Part shown: positions 7,846 to 17,930 of the stretch, in pieces
Position numbering within the stretch: position 1 is the stretch's first letter
Layout of the letters: each line of letters opens with the position of its first letter
Source of the DNA: a virus
Virus genome (UHGV): UHGV-0209794
Length of the DNA stretch: 41,598 bases
Reading direction: 5' to 3' (one strand)
The notes under the pieces: generated by a model
Database searches by the model: none
What the model saw: only the letters and a program-made list of their open reading frames with translations
What the model was told of the DNA's origin: nothing
Program-made: the position numbers and the translations under genes

Positions 7846-8856
7846 ATGGCAAAACCGGATTGGGGGATGCTACAACAACAGTTCCTCGCCGAACATGCTA
7901 TAACAGGAATATCCCCTAAAGAGTGGTGCGAACTAAAGGAACTAAACTACGCAACAGCACGACGATATATCAAAATATCCAGTGCGCAGAATGCGCAAAA
8001 AACTGCGCACAAGAAATTGCGCACTGCGCAGAAAAAAGAATGCGCAAAAGAGCCAATGCGCAAGAGTGATATACCCGATGCGCAGAGTAATGAATCCAGT
8101 AATGCGCATGATGATCAAAACACCTTTAGTCTGCGCAATTACGGGCTTACTGAGTTACAGGCTAAATTCGTTAATGAATACCTTATTGACCTAAATAGGA
8201 CTGCTGCATATAAGCGTGCTGGTGGTAAATGTGAAGGAAATACGGCATACGCAAGCGCAAGTCGGATGTATAGAAATGTTAAGGTTAATCGGGCAATCAC
8301 TGACGCTTTAGCAGAACGGGAACGCAGAACAGAGATAACCCAAGATGCCGTATTAAAAATATGGTGGGATATTGCAACGGCAGACGTTAACGAACTGACT
8401 GAATACCGTCGATTATGTTGCCGTCATTGCTGGGGCTTTGGTTTCAATTACCAGTGGCGTGATTCAATAGAGTTTGAAGATGCCATTAAAAAAGCGCTTA
8501 CAGCCAATAAACCTCCTCCACAAGATGTGGGCGGTTACGGTTACGATGAAACATTAGATCCAAATCCTGATTGCCCTCGTTGTAACGGTGCCGGTATTGG
8601 TCGTGCGTACTTTCATGATACGCGTGATTTAACAGGGCCAGCTCGTCGAGTATTTGCAGGAGTGAAAGAAGGTAAGTTTGGTGTCGAGGTTATCACTCGT
8701 AATCAAGATGAAGCGCTTAAGATGGTTGCACAGCATTTAGGTATGCTGAAGAACAAGACGGAGTTAACGGGTGCCGATGGTGGACCTATCAAAACAGAGA
8801 TAGCTAACTTGTCACCTCAAGAAGCATCTGACGCATATAAGCAAATCATGGGGTAA
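7846..8856 (+). CDS. terminase small subunit (Terminase_2-like) with long N-terminal extension
   Basis: LTELQAKFVNEYLIDLNRTAAYKRAGG...ASRMYRNVKVNRAI is typical of TerS. 336 aa is long for TerS. It lies directly upstream of terL. Confidence 0.7.
   Translation: MAKPDWGMLQQQFLAEHAITGISPKEWCELKELNYATARRYIKISSAQNAQKTAHKKLRTAQKKECAKEPMRKSDIPDAQSNESSNAHDDQNTFSLRNYGLTELQAKFVNEYLIDLNRTAAYKRAGGKCEGNTAYASASRMYRNVKVNRAITDALAERERRTEITQDAVLKIWWDIATADVNELTEYRRLCCRHCWGFGFNYQWRDSIEFEDAIKKALTANKPPPQDVGGYGYDETLDPNPDCPRCNGAGIGRAYFHDTRDLTGPARRVFAGVKEGKFGVEVITRNQDEALKMVAQHLGMLKNKTELTGADGGPIKTEIANLSPQEASDAYKQIMG
7983..8137. repeat. array of 10 copies of palindromic hexamer TGCGCA within terS (candidate pac site)
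   Basis: TGCGCA at 7983, 7993, 8005, 8018, 8024, 8040, 8056, 8079, 8103 and 8132, i.e. 10 copies in ~155 bp against about 1 per 4 kb expected by chance. Confidence 0.6.
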
Positions 8857-9063
8857 ATTGATAAAAATAGCGGTTTCATTGAAAAATTAGGCTATGCAAA
8901 ATCACACCTATTTTATGCACGTTTTATTCATTCTAATTAGCACTCATTTCAATAGATAACTTAGATAAATAGCGCTTACACATAGAAAATACACTCAGTT
9001 GATTTTCGGTAGGGCGTGTAAGCACGATTATGTTAAATAGATATTGCATTAAAGAAATTTACT

Positions 9064-10668
9064 ATGCCAATCCCATTCCCGTTTGATTTTAAAAATCCTG
9101 ACTACCCGCAGGTATTTGAATGGCGAATGGAACGATTAACACGAATTCGCCAAAATCCAGAAGCTATACCAGCACTCAACGCTTATTACAAAGATAATCC
9201 AGCTCAATTTATTATTGATTGGGGTATGACGTATGACCCACGAAACCCTGAGAGAGGATTACCGTCATATATCCCATTTTTATTATTCCCTCGACAAGAG
9301 GAATGGATTGAATGGTTTATCGAACGATGGAAAGGGCAAGAGCCTGGTATTACAGAAAAGACGCGTGATATGGGTATGAGTTGGCTAACGGTCGGCTTAT
9401 CTTGCACTGTATGTAATTTCAATCGTGGTATTAGTGTCGGCATAGGTAGTCGTAAAGAAGAGTATGTCGATAAAATCGGGGTACCTAAATCACTGTTAGA
9501 GAAAGCCCGTATCTTCATGTCTTATCTGCCGGCTGAATTTCGTTTTGGTTGGAATAGAAACAAAGACGCACCACACATGAGAATAAAATTTCCTCATACT
9601 GACTCAATCATATCGGGTGAGTGTGGTGATGGTATTGGGCGAGGGGATCGCGTAAGTTTTTATATTGTTGATGAGTCCGCTTTCCTCGAACGGCCATCTC
9701 TTATTGACGCTTCTTTATCAGCCACAACTAACTGCAGACAAGATATTTCAACGCCAAATGGAAATGCTAATAGCTTCGCTATCCGTAGGCATAGCGGAAA
9801 AATACCAGTATTTACATTCCACTGGAGAGAAGATCCAAGGAAAGACCAAGCATGGTACGACAAGCAGGTTGAAGTTTTAGATCCCGTTACAGTCGCTCAA
9901 GAAATAGATATAGATTACAACGCATCCGTTGAAGGGGTGATTATTCCTTCTGCATGGATACAGTCTGCAATAGACGCACATATCAAGTTGGGAATTGAAC
10001 CAACAGGTAAGCGCCTTGGTGCTCTTGACGTAGCTGACGAAGGTATAGATAAAAATGCCTTTGTATCAGGTAAAGGAATATTGGTAGATGCTTGTGAAGA
10101 GTGGAGTGGGAAAGGTGCTGATATCTACCAAACCGTGGTTAAGGCAATCAATTTAGCCAGTGATTATGGTTGTAGTGAGGTTCTATATGATGCTGATGGT
10201 ATTGGTGCCGGTTGTCGTGGTGATTCAAGACAAGTCAATGAAGAACGGAAGTTAGCTGGTTTAAATCCTGTTACCTTTTCTGCTTACAAAGGAAGTTCTG
10301 GTGTACTAAATCCGGATAAGGTTTTAATGAAAGATGCCAGCGGTAGAAATATTACGAATAAGGACTTTTTCCAAAACTTTAAATCTCAATCTTGGTGGCA
10401 TTTGCGGACATTGTTTTTAAATACCCATAGAGCGGTTAATGGTATGAAATATGATCCTGATGAGATTATTTCGTTATCTTCAAAAATGTCATCTTTATCG
10501 AGATTAACTTCCGAACTCTGCCAGCCAACGTACACAAAAAACTCAGCAGGTAAAATCGTCGTTGATAAAAAACCTAACGGTGCTAAGTCTCCCAACTGCG
10601 CTGATGGCTTAGTCATTCTTAAATCTCCTGAGAAAAGAAGCGGTAGTTTCTTCACAACTAAGAGGTAA
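9064..10668 (+). CDS. terminase large subunit
   Basis: 534 aa with a Walker-B-like FYIVDESAF and a C-terminal nuclease-like region. Position after terS. Confidence 0.75.
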   Translation: MPIPFPFDFKNPDYPQVFEWRMERLTRIRQNPEAIPALNAYYKDNPAQFIIDWGMTYDPRNPERGLPSYIPFLLFPRQEEWIEWFIERWKGQEPGITEKTRDMGMSWLTVGLSCTVCNFNRGISVGIGSRKEEYVDKIGVPKSLLEKARIFMSYLPAEFRFGWNRNKDAPHMRIKFPHTDSIISGECGDGIGRGDRVSFYIVDESAFLERPSLIDASLSATTNCRQDISTPNGNANSFAIRRHSGKIPVFTFHWREDPRKDQAWYDKQVEVLDPVTVAQEIDIDYNASVEGVIIPSAWIQSAIDAHIKLGIEPTGKRLGALDVADEGIDKNAFVSGKGILVDACEEWSGKGADIYQTVVKAINLASDYGCSEVLYDADGIGAGCRGDSRQVNEERKLAGLNPVTFSAYKGSSGVLNPDKVLMKDASGRNITNKDFFQNFKSQSWWHLRTLFLNTHRAVNGMKYDPDEIISLSSKMSSLSRLTSELCQPTYTKNSAGKIVVDKKPNGAKSPNCADGLVILKSPEKRSGSFFTTKR

Positions 10669-10672
10669 TTCT

Positions 10673-12175
10673 ATGTGGTGGCCGTTTAAGAGGCGAAAAA
10701 CAGAACCACTCGCACCGGTTAAACGGTCAGCATTCACAACTGACTTATATCCTGCGCTGGCGCGAGAACAGGGCTTTGATGGGATTAATTTACCCCAACC
10801 CACAATTGCAGGTGTTGCGATGGATAGCATTGATAGCTATGTGCCCTCATTTAAAGGTGAGCAGGTTTACGGTGTGCCGGAGTCACAGGCCTCATGGTAT
10901 GCCTCACAAATGTTTATCGGCAACAATATGTGTGCGGTTATCGCTAAACACTGGCTGGTGGATAAAGCCTGCAATATGCCAGCTCGTGATGCGATACGTC
11001 AGGGATATGATATTGATTGTGATAACGATGATGATCGCGCTATCAGTAAAAAGCTCCGTAAACGTGATAAAAAATACCGTATTACACACCAACTGAAAGA
11101 GCTGGTTCATTTTGGGAGAGTATACGGCGGTCGCTTAGCATTATTCGTTGTGGAGACATCAAACCCGAAAGAGTGGTACGAAAACCCGTTTAATATCGAT
11201 GGTGTGACTAAAGGGATGTATAAAGGTATTAAACAGATTGATCCACAATGGGTAACGGCCGATTTAACGGATTCCAATGTTCAAGATCCTGCCAGCATGG
11301 ATTTCTACGAGCCGACCTATTATGTGATTGGTGGGCGTAAGTATCACAAGTCTCACTTTATTAAGTTTGTGCCGTTTCCTGTACCTAACGTGCTTAAGCC
11401 AATGTACAACTACTTTGGCGTATCAGTGCCAGAACGTATTTATGAGCGTGTCTACGCTTCAGAACGTACCGCCAATGAAGCACCACAACTGGCAATGACT
11501 AAGCGTTTGCTTACGATGGGGATTGCAGATCCAGAAAGCGCTGATAAGGATATTATTCGCGAAAATATGCTTTATTTTATGGAGATGCGCGATAACTATG
11601 GTGTGCAAATGACGGGCAGTGAAGATACGGTTCAACAGTTCGACACCTCATTAGCGGATTTAGACGCCACGATTATGACGCAATATCAGCTGGTGGCATC
11701 GGCTTCAAATGTACCAGCAACAAAACTGCTAGGTACTACCCCGAAAGGCTTTAATTCAACGGGTGAATACGAAGAAGCCAATTACCGCGAAGAGCTTGAA
11801 AGTATCCAATCAAACGACCTTGAAGAGCTATTGCAGCGCCATTACGACATGCTAATGCGTAGCGATGGTTTACCTGTGACAGAAATCTCTATCACATGGG
11901 CTCCACTTGATAGCCCGACGGCTGTTGAGAGTGCGGATATTGAACTGAAAGAAGCGCAGACCGATGTGGCACTGGCTTCGACTGGTGCGATAGATGGGTT
12001 AGATATCCGTAAAAAACTGGCCAGCAATAAAGCGTCTAGCTATTACGGCATTGAAGTGAACGAGGCAGATTATGTCGAGGCGAATACGAGTACGAACGAA
12101 GCGAGCACAATGGGCAACCTCTCGCCAAGCAGTAATGAAAGGGAAGCCCCTGCAGTATTCAGTCGCCCCAGCTAG
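10673..12175 (+). CDS. portal protein (SPP1 gp6-like by synteny)
   Basis: 500 aa, directly after terL and before the MuF-like gene. Confidence 0.55.
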   Translation: MWWPFKRRKTEPLAPVKRSAFTTDLYPALAREQGFDGINLPQPTIAGVAMDSIDSYVPSFKGEQVYGVPESQASWYASQMFIGNNMCAVIAKHWLVDKACNMPARDAIRQGYDIDCDNDDDRAISKKLRKRDKKYRITHQLKELVHFGRVYGGRLALFVVETSNPKEWYENPFNIDGVTKGMYKGIKQIDPQWVTADLTDSNVQDPASMDFYEPTYYVIGGRKYHKSHFIKFVPFPVPNVLKPMYNYFGVSVPERIYERVYASERTANEAPQLAMTKRLLTMGIADPESADKDIIRENMLYFMEMRDNYGVQMTGSEDTVQQFDTSLADLDATIMTQYQLVASASNVPATKLLGTTPKGFNSTGEYEEANYREELESIQSNDLEELLQRHYDMLMRSDGLPVTEISITWAPLDSPTAVESADIELKEAQTDVALASTGAIDGLDIRKKLASNKASSYYGIEVNEADYVEANTSTNEASTMGNLSPSSNEREAPAVFSRPS

Positions 12176-12191
12176 TCGTTATCAAGGTGAC

Positions 12192-12926
12192 ATGTCACGA
12201 CTCATTAATGCAATGATTAAAGACTATGAAAAAGTGTTTAGTGAATTAAATGACGACTTTGACGGTTTTACGATGGATGCCAGTTTTGCCAGTCAAACAC
12301 GCATCTGGCTTAACCGGCTAAAACGCAAATGGGATAAGATTTTTAAACAAAAATCCACAGAGATTGCGGATAAATTTGTTTCCCAAGTCGATATAGGCGC
12401 AAAGCGTAATTTAGATGATTCTCTCAAACAGTTGTCAGGGGGGATCACCATCAAAACCCCAGCCATGCCCGAAGCCTTGAAAGATAAAATTATTGCCTCT
12501 ACAGCTGAAAACGTATCGTTAATTAAATCTATTCCACTGCAATTTCATCAACGTATTGAAAGTGTTGCATTACGTTCTATTAGCCAAGGTGGTGAGGGCG
12601 CAAAGACGCTATTAGAGGAAATTAGGGATACGGGTAGCGTTACAGAAAGTAGAGCAAACTTTATTGCTGTTGACCAAACACGAAAGATTACAACTGCATG
12701 TAATTACGCTCGTATGAAATCTGCGGGTATTCGTAAAGCAGTTTGGCATCATTCAAACGGTAGTGCAGAACCTAGGGAGTTACATCTTGAGTTAGATGGT
12801 AAGGAGTTTGATTTAGACAATCCTCCTATAATTAACAAAAAAACAGGAAGGAGAGGTTTGCCGGGTGAGGAGCCGGGTTGTAAGTGCTTCTGGACACCAG
12901 TAATAGATTTCGGTGAGGAGACATGA
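12192..12926 (+). CDS. head morphogenesis protein (Mu F / SPP1 gp7-like)
   Basis: Start taken at ATG 12192 (AAGGTGA RBS) to avoid a 100-nt overlap with the portal gene. Size and position fit a MuF-like minor head protein. Confidence 0.5.
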   Translation: MSRLINAMIKDYEKVFSELNDDFDGFTMDASFASQTRIWLNRLKRKWDKIFKQKSTEIADKFVSQVDIGAKRNLDDSLKQLSGGITIKTPAMPEALKDKIIASTAENVSLIKSIPLQFHQRIESVALRSISQGGEGAKTLLEEIRDTGSVTESRANFIAVDQTRKITTACNYARMKSAGIRKAVWHHSNGSAEPRELHLELDGKEFDLDNPPIINKKTGRRGLPGEEPGCKCFWTPVIDFGEET

Positions 12927-14182
12927 CAAAGCGACAATATGATTTAAATGGCTGGCTAGAAGTGAAAGATAACCCCATCTCTAAAGTTGGGGTTTTTGAT
13001 TATTTAGGGTTTGAAATTGGCGCACCGATACCCGAAAAAATTTACAAAGTGTATCGCCCACAAGAAGAATTGGCCAGCACAGAGACAATTAATTCTTTCA
13101 AATTAATGCCCTTTGTTGATGAGCATGAAATGTTAGGGAAAGACGGTACACCCGCGGAGACAAAGGGGATACAAGGGGTCATCGGGGAGCGAGTCTATTT
13201 TGAATATCCCTACCTCAGAGGCAATATCAAAATCCTGTCTAATTCAGCGCTTAACCAAATTGAAGGAGGAAAAATTGAATTATCTCCGGGTTATCGCTGT
13301 GTTTACGATTTCACACCAGGCGAATTTAACGGTGAACGTTATGACGCCATACAACGGCATATTAGAGCCAACCATCTTGCGTTAGTTGATGAAGGGCGCA
13401 CTGGCGCTGATGTTGCTGTGCAAGACCATTCCGTTATTACCATAGACACAAAGGAACTTATTCGCATGAACGAAGAAGAAAACAAAGAGAAGCAAACCAC
13501 TGATGAGGGTGCATTTACGCCCGAGCAATTGGAAGCGTTAAAAGCCATTATCAAGGAAGTCATCACCAGCACTCAACCTGCAACAGATGATGATCCAGAA
13601 GAAGAGAAAAAACCTTCAACGGATTCTGATCCTGACGAAGAGCAGAAAGCAGAAGAAGCAGTGGAAAAAGCCGAAATTGCCACAGAAGAGGCTGAATCTG
13701 GCGAACCTGAAGCAGTCGAGAAAGCCGAAGTCGCCATTGAAGAAGCTGTCGAAGCGATTGAAGAAGCCAAAGAGCATCTTGACCAAGCCACTACCGATGG
13801 ACTTCATCGTCGTTTAAAACGCCTAAATCGTAGCATGACCGCCATGGACGAAATGGCATCGCTAAAACGTAAAATTAAGCGATTAGAAAAAGCCAAACCC
13901 GCAATGGATACGGGGGAGTTACTCAAACAAATCGGTGCGCGTGATTCGTTAGCGCATAAATTAACGCCATTTATTGGTGTGTTTGACCACTCAGCCATGA
14001 CTCAACAACAAGTTGCCGAGTACGGTGTTGAAAAACTGGGTATTCAATGCAGTAAAGGTACAGAAGCCATTGCTCTTGATGCTTGGATGCAAGGGCGTGT
14101 GCCTGATTCTCAAAAGACCAGCTCAACAATGGACTCTGCAGTGAGCAATAAATCAATTATGGATAAATGGGGAGCTAAATAA
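12923..14182 (+). CDS. putative head scaffolding/maturation protein (DUF2213-like) with acidic coiled-coil repeat
   Basis: 419 aa; the central [42 protein letters not shown] acidic repeat is typical of scaffolds. It lies just upstream of the capsid genes. Confidence 0.45.
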   Translation: MTKRQYDLNGWLEVKDNPISKVGVFDYLGFEIGAPIPEKIYKVYRPQEELASTETINSFKLMPFVDEHEMLGKDGTPAETKGIQGVIGERVYFEYPYLRGNIKILSNSALNQIEGGKIELSPGYRCVYDFTPGEFNGERYDAIQRHIRANHLALVDEGRTGADVAVQDHSVITIDTKELIRMNEEENKEKQTTDEGAFTPEQLEALKAIIKEVITSTQPATDDDPEEEKKPSTDSDPDEEQKAEEAVEKAEIATEEAESGEPEAVEKAEVAIEEAVEAIEEAKEHLDQATTDGLHRRLKRLNRSMTAMDEMASLKRKIKRLEKAKPAMDTGELLKQIGARDSLAHKLTPFIGVFDHSAMTQQQVAEYGVEKLGIQCSKGTEAIALDAWMQGRVPDSQKTSSTMDSAVSNKSIMDKWGAK

Positions 14183-14679
14183 TGGCAATTCCTAAATCAG
14201 TAGCAAACGGCTTAATTTCTGGTGTTGTCGGTGAAATTAGTCATGCAGGTCCTATTCGCGCTGTTTCCGCCATTCTCAGTTCAGCAGATGAAAAGCTGAA
14301 TATTTTCGGTCGCGCCTATACCTACAAAGATGATTCCGTGGAATCTGTTCAAGTTGGGGGAAAAGGGGCATTTGCGGGGATCATGATTAACCCTAAAGCC
14401 TATCGTATCGAAGAAGAATTCGCTCGTAACGGTACGCAAGGTGAATTCCTGACAATGGGGGAGGTTTTCGTTGAACTAAAAGAAGTGGCAGGAAAAATCA
14501 ACGCACCGGTGGTTTTTGATGAAGCTGACGGCTCATTATCTTCTAAAGCCACCATTAGTGCCGGTGATCGTGTCATTGGTTTTATCAGCCGACACCTTGA
14601 GTCAACAGAAAGTCCTCACTTGGGCATTATTCGTTTAACAGAAATCCCATATCCAGCATCTCCAAAGGAAGGTGAATAA
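14182..14679 (+). CDS. putative head decoration/cement protein
   Basis: 165 aa between the scaffold and major capsid genes. Confidence 0.35.
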   Translation: MAIPKSVANGLISGVVGEISHAGPIRAVSAILSSADEKLNIFGRAYTYKDDSVESVQVGGKGAFAGIMINPKAYRIEEEFARNGTQGEFLTMGEVFVELKEVAGKINAPVVFDEADGSLSSKATISAGDRVIGFISRHLESTESPHLGIIRLTEIPYPASPKEGE

Positions 14680-15746
14680 TGCCAGTCAGTAAAATTAAGT
14701 TTCACATGTCTGGTCGTGATGTCAAAAAACATGGCCAACTAAATATTAACCCTGATCAGAAATGGACATACGGGGAATTAGCGCAAATCGGCTTTGGTGG
14801 TTTTTCTGCGATGGACTCCGCGATCAGCGGTGGTGCAATGCAGGGGGGCTTAATTCAACGCGAAATGTTGCAACACGTTTTACCGGGTGTCATTCGTACC
14901 GCAACGCGTGTGCGTGTGTTAGATGAAATCACGGGTATCGTCAATGCGGGCGAATGGCATGATGAAGAGATCATTCTGAATGTGGCGACACCAACCGGTA
15001 AAGCCGAACTTTATGGTGATCATACCAATGTGCCATTAGCGTCTTATGCGCAAGACCAAGAGCGCCGTGGTCTTGTCCGTTTCGAATTAGGTTTCCAAGT
15101 GGGGAAATTAGAAGAAGCGCGCCAATCGTCTGCAGGCTTTGTTGCGATGGAGGAAAAGCGCAATTCAGTGACTGAATCATTAGAGCAAGGTCGTGAACGC
15201 GTGGGGTACTACGGATTTAATAGCCCTGAAACGCGCGTCTTTGGTTTGATGAATGAGCCTAACTTGCCTGCCTATGAAACAGCAAAGGGTAAATGGAAAG
15301 GTGGAACATTTGCGGATATTACTGCTGATATTACCGATATGTTCTCGCGCATTGAAACGAGCTCTGGCGGTATTATCAAAGATGATACGCCAATCACCTT
15401 AACATTGCCGTTGGGCTTTCGTTCTGCACTGAATGTGGCTAATCCGGTGGCACGTGGTGAAACAGTCAAACAATGGATAAATGAAAACTATCCTAATATG
15501 CGTCTGGTTTTCTCTCCTGAATTTGTCGGCGCAAATGGTGGGGCTGATGTGGCCTATATGTTCGCAGATAGTATTGATGATGGTTCAACGGCAACCAGTG
15601 CCGTGATCCTTCAAGTTGTGCCTGTGAAATACCAGTTATTAGGTTCACTCAACCAAATTAAAGGGTATATGGAAGATGCAACCAATGCGACTGCAGGTGT
15701 ATTTGTGACCCGTCCGTGGGCGGTGACACGCTTAACCGGTATTTAA
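14679..15746 (+). CDS. major capsid protein (DUF2184-like, HK97 fold inferred)
   Basis: 355 aa, last gene of the head module, followed by a strong terminator. Confidence 0.55.
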   Translation: MPVSKIKFHMSGRDVKKHGQLNINPDQKWTYGELAQIGFGGFSAMDSAISGGAMQGGLIQREMLQHVLPGVIRTATRVRVLDEITGIVNAGEWHDEEIILNVATPTGKAELYGDHTNVPLASYAQDQERRGLVRFELGFQVGKLEEARQSSAGFVAMEEKRNSVTESLEQGRERVGYYGFNSPETRVFGLMNEPNLPAYETAKGKWKGGTFADITADITDMFSRIETSSGGIIKDDTPITLTLPLGFRSALNVANPVARGETVKQWINENYPNMRLVFSPEFVGANGGADVAYMFADSIDDGSTATSAVILQVVPVKYQLLGSLNQIKGYMEDATNATAGVFVTRPWAVTRLTGI

Positions 15747-15767
15747 TCTTACCACTTCTCTTTTTGC

Positions 15768-15789
15768 GCCCTCATTTGAGGGCTTTTTT
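15768..15789 (+). terminator. rho-independent terminator after capsid gene
   Basis: GCCCTC-attt-GAGGGC hairpin followed by TTTTTTAT. Confidence 0.6.
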
Positions 15790-15815
15790 ATATCTAAACA
15801 ATAGGAGAGCACTCC

Positions 15816-16157
15816 ATGCCTCTTTACGCATATTGCACCTTATCAAATGACCAGAACTATGCCGTGAAAGACGGGAAAGTGTTTATTGCCGGTCAAGCGA
15901 ACGTGATGACCAAACACATGTACACACCGCGTGGCCGTGTGACGGAAATTTCTGACGAGCAATACAAACAACTCAAAGAAAATCACGTTTTCAATCTTCA
16001 TTGTGACAATGGGTATATTACCGTTGAAGAACGCAAAGAAGATCCCGAAAAAGTTGCTACCAATATGGAAGCGAGCGACCAATCAGCTCCTGACACACCA
16101 GAATCGTTAGAAGCTGAAAAGTTAGACGTTCCTAAAACCAACAAAAAAAGTAAGTGA
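15816..16157 (+). CDS. hypothetical structural-module protein
   Basis: 113-aa ORF with an acidic C-terminus. Confidence 0.35.
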   Translation: MPLYAYCTLSNDQNYAVKDGKVFIAGQANVMTKHMYTPRGRVTEISDEQYKQLKENHVFNLHCDNGYITVEERKEDPEKVATNMEASDQSAPDTPESLEAEKLDVPKTNKKSK

Positions 16158-16591
16158 TCATGGAGACGAGCACATTTCCTTTAACGTCATTCCGTGTGCT
16201 CTATCCGCAGTTTAACGGTGTGGGTGATGATGAAATAGATATCATTGCTCAATCTGCGTTGAACTATTTCTCTGCCTGTAAGGGTGTTTGCACTAACGAG
16301 CTGTGGATGCTCGTTGTTGCACACATGCTAACACTCAGAAAAATGATTGCTGATGATGAGTCGCCTACCGGTGTGGTGACGAGTGTGACTATCGATAAAG
16401 TGAGCGTGTCATTTACGGCACCGCCTGCCGGTTCGGACTGGTCGCACTGGTTTAAAATGACCACCTTTGGCCAGCAGTTTCTTGCACTGATCAAACGTTG
16501 TAGCGTCCCTCAATATTTGGGGGGTGGTGGCGAACGTTCAGCATTTCGTGGTGTGGGTGGACGATTTACACGAGGAGGGCGATTACGTTAA
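16154..16591 (+). CDS. putative head-tail connector/adaptor
   Basis: 145 aa; position, and the N-terminus resembles DUF4054-type phage proteins (recollection only). Confidence 0.35.
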   Translation: MIMETSTFPLTSFRVLYPQFNGVGDDEIDIIAQSALNYFSACKGVCTNELWMLVVAHMLTLRKMIADDESPTGVVTSVTIDKVSVSFTAPPAGSDWSHWFKMTTFGQQFLALIKRCSVPQYLGGGGERSAFRGVGGRFTRGGRLR

Positions 16592-17049
16592 TGACTAAAT
16601 TAGCGCAATTAAAAGCGGTTTACGATGAATTGGCTAAAAAGCGATTAAGTGTTGGTTTTTTTGAACACGCAAAATATCCCGATGGAACACCTATTGCTTA
16701 TGTTGCCTCTATTCAAGAGTTGGGCTATCCGGCTGGTGGCATTCCTCCTCGCCCATTTTTCCGTCCGACCATGAATGACAAAAAGCAGGATTATAGTCAG
16801 TTAATTTTTCGTGCTGTGAAAGCCTCTATTAAGGGAAACATCACGCTGGATAATGGGCTGACACAAATTGGTGCGACGGTAGCGGGAGATGTGAAAATGG
16901 CAATTAAAGCAGTCACCACCCCAGCGCTGGAAGAGTCAACGGTCAAAGCAAGAGCACGTCGCCATAGCAAAGGTAAAGCCACGGATAAGCCGTTAGTTGA
17001 TACCGGCCAAATGCTTCAAGCCGTGTCATTTGTCGTGGAGGATAAATAA
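16591..17049 (+). CDS. putative virion morphogenesis / tail completion protein
   Basis: 152 aa; PFFRPTM...KPLVDTGQM resembles the Mu G/P2 S-type family (recollection only). Confidence 0.35.
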   Translation: MTKLAQLKAVYDELAKKRLSVGFFEHAKYPDGTPIAYVASIQELGYPAGGIPPRPFFRPTMNDKKQDYSQLIFRAVKASIKGNITLDNGLTQIGATVAGDVKMAIKAVTTPALEESTVKARARRHSKGKATDKPLVDTGQMLQAVSFVVEDK

Positions 17050-17420
17050 TGTTTGGTAACTTAAATCGTATTGCTTCACGTTATATTCCCCAGCAAAAGG
17101 TGCTTTGGTTTCGATTTAAAGAACGGGCACCCGATGAACGAGGGAATGACCAAAATTATTATTATGATCCGATAGAAGTTCGTGGCAGTTGGCAAGCGGT
17201 CGATACCCAAGATGTTCAATCCATGGGATTAGATACGAGCCAAGTATACCGACGCTTATATACCTCTCATGATATTAAAGCGGTGCAACGAGGAACATCT
17301 CCTGATTTCCTTGTATTCAATGGTCGAAAATATGATGTGGTGGGTGATGCAGACTGGTACGAACAAGACGGTTGGAAATCGGTGATCTGTATCGAGGCGG
17401 GTACTTATGACGGATTATGA
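17049..17420 (+). CDS. hypothetical head-tail joining protein
   Basis: 123-aa ORF, translationally coupled in the structural operon. Confidence 0.3.
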   Translation: MFGNLNRIASRYIPQQKVLWFRFKERAPDERGNDQNYYYDPIEVRGSWQAVDTQDVQSMGLDTSQVYRRLYTSHDIKAVQRGTSPDFLVFNGRKYDVVGDADWYEQDGWKSVICIEAGTYDGL

Positions 17421-17922
17421 AGTTGATGTCGCCATTCGAAAACAGCTCTTGTTGCAGTTAAAAGTGGTCGGTATTGATATCTCCGTTAAAGCTGGTTTTC
17501 AATCTACTAAGCAAGGCCGTGAAGATAATATGGTGATGTTCTTTCCCATTAATGAAAACGGCTACGGCTGGCAAGGGCGTAAATATAACGTTCAAGGCAA
17601 TAAAGCCAATCACCAAGAAAACCAGTTATCCGAAAAAACGTACCAAGTTCAGGCTTTCGTTACCCAGTTAGGCCATTATTCAGCGAGTGATATTACCGCT
17701 ATTGTCAGAATGATCGCCAATTCATTGCCCTTTGTTGAAGCTCTCCGCAAACAAGGAATTGGCGTTCAGCGGGCAAGCGGTATTCGAACACCTTATTTTC
17801 TGAATGACCAGGGCAACTACGAACAAAACCCCTCATTTGATTTCAATGTGACATTTAATCGCACACTTCATCCTGATACAGACGCCGTGAGTGCGTTGTA
17901 TCCTGATATTTATCGTATTTAA
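17407..17922 (+). CDS. hypothetical neck/tail terminator protein
   Basis: 171-aa ORF immediately upstream of the sheath gene. Confidence 0.3.
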   Translation: MTDYEVDVAIRKQLLLQLKVVGIDISVKAGFQSTKQGREDNMVMFFPINENGYGWQGRKYNVQGNKANHQENQLSEKTYQVQAFVTQLGHYSASDITAIVRMIANSLPFVEALRKQGIGVQRASGIRTPYFLNDQGNYEQNPSFDFNVTFNRTLHPDTDAVSALYPDIYRI

Positions 17923-17930
17923 GGAACGTT

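Noticed and set aside
7983-8137. TGCGCA repeat array considered as a CRISPR array
   Set aside because: The repeats are only 6 bp with irregular spacing of 4-20 bp, they sit inside a coding sequence, and no cas genes are present.
7982-8194. 70-aa alternative-frame ORF inside terS
   Set aside because: Arg/Lys-rich translation of the TGCGCA repeats, fully overlapped by terS.
13573-13998. Several 60-77-aa ORFs on both strands inside the scaffold gene
   Set aside because: They arise from the GAA/GCA-rich acidic-repeat coding sequence and overlap a well-supported long ORF.
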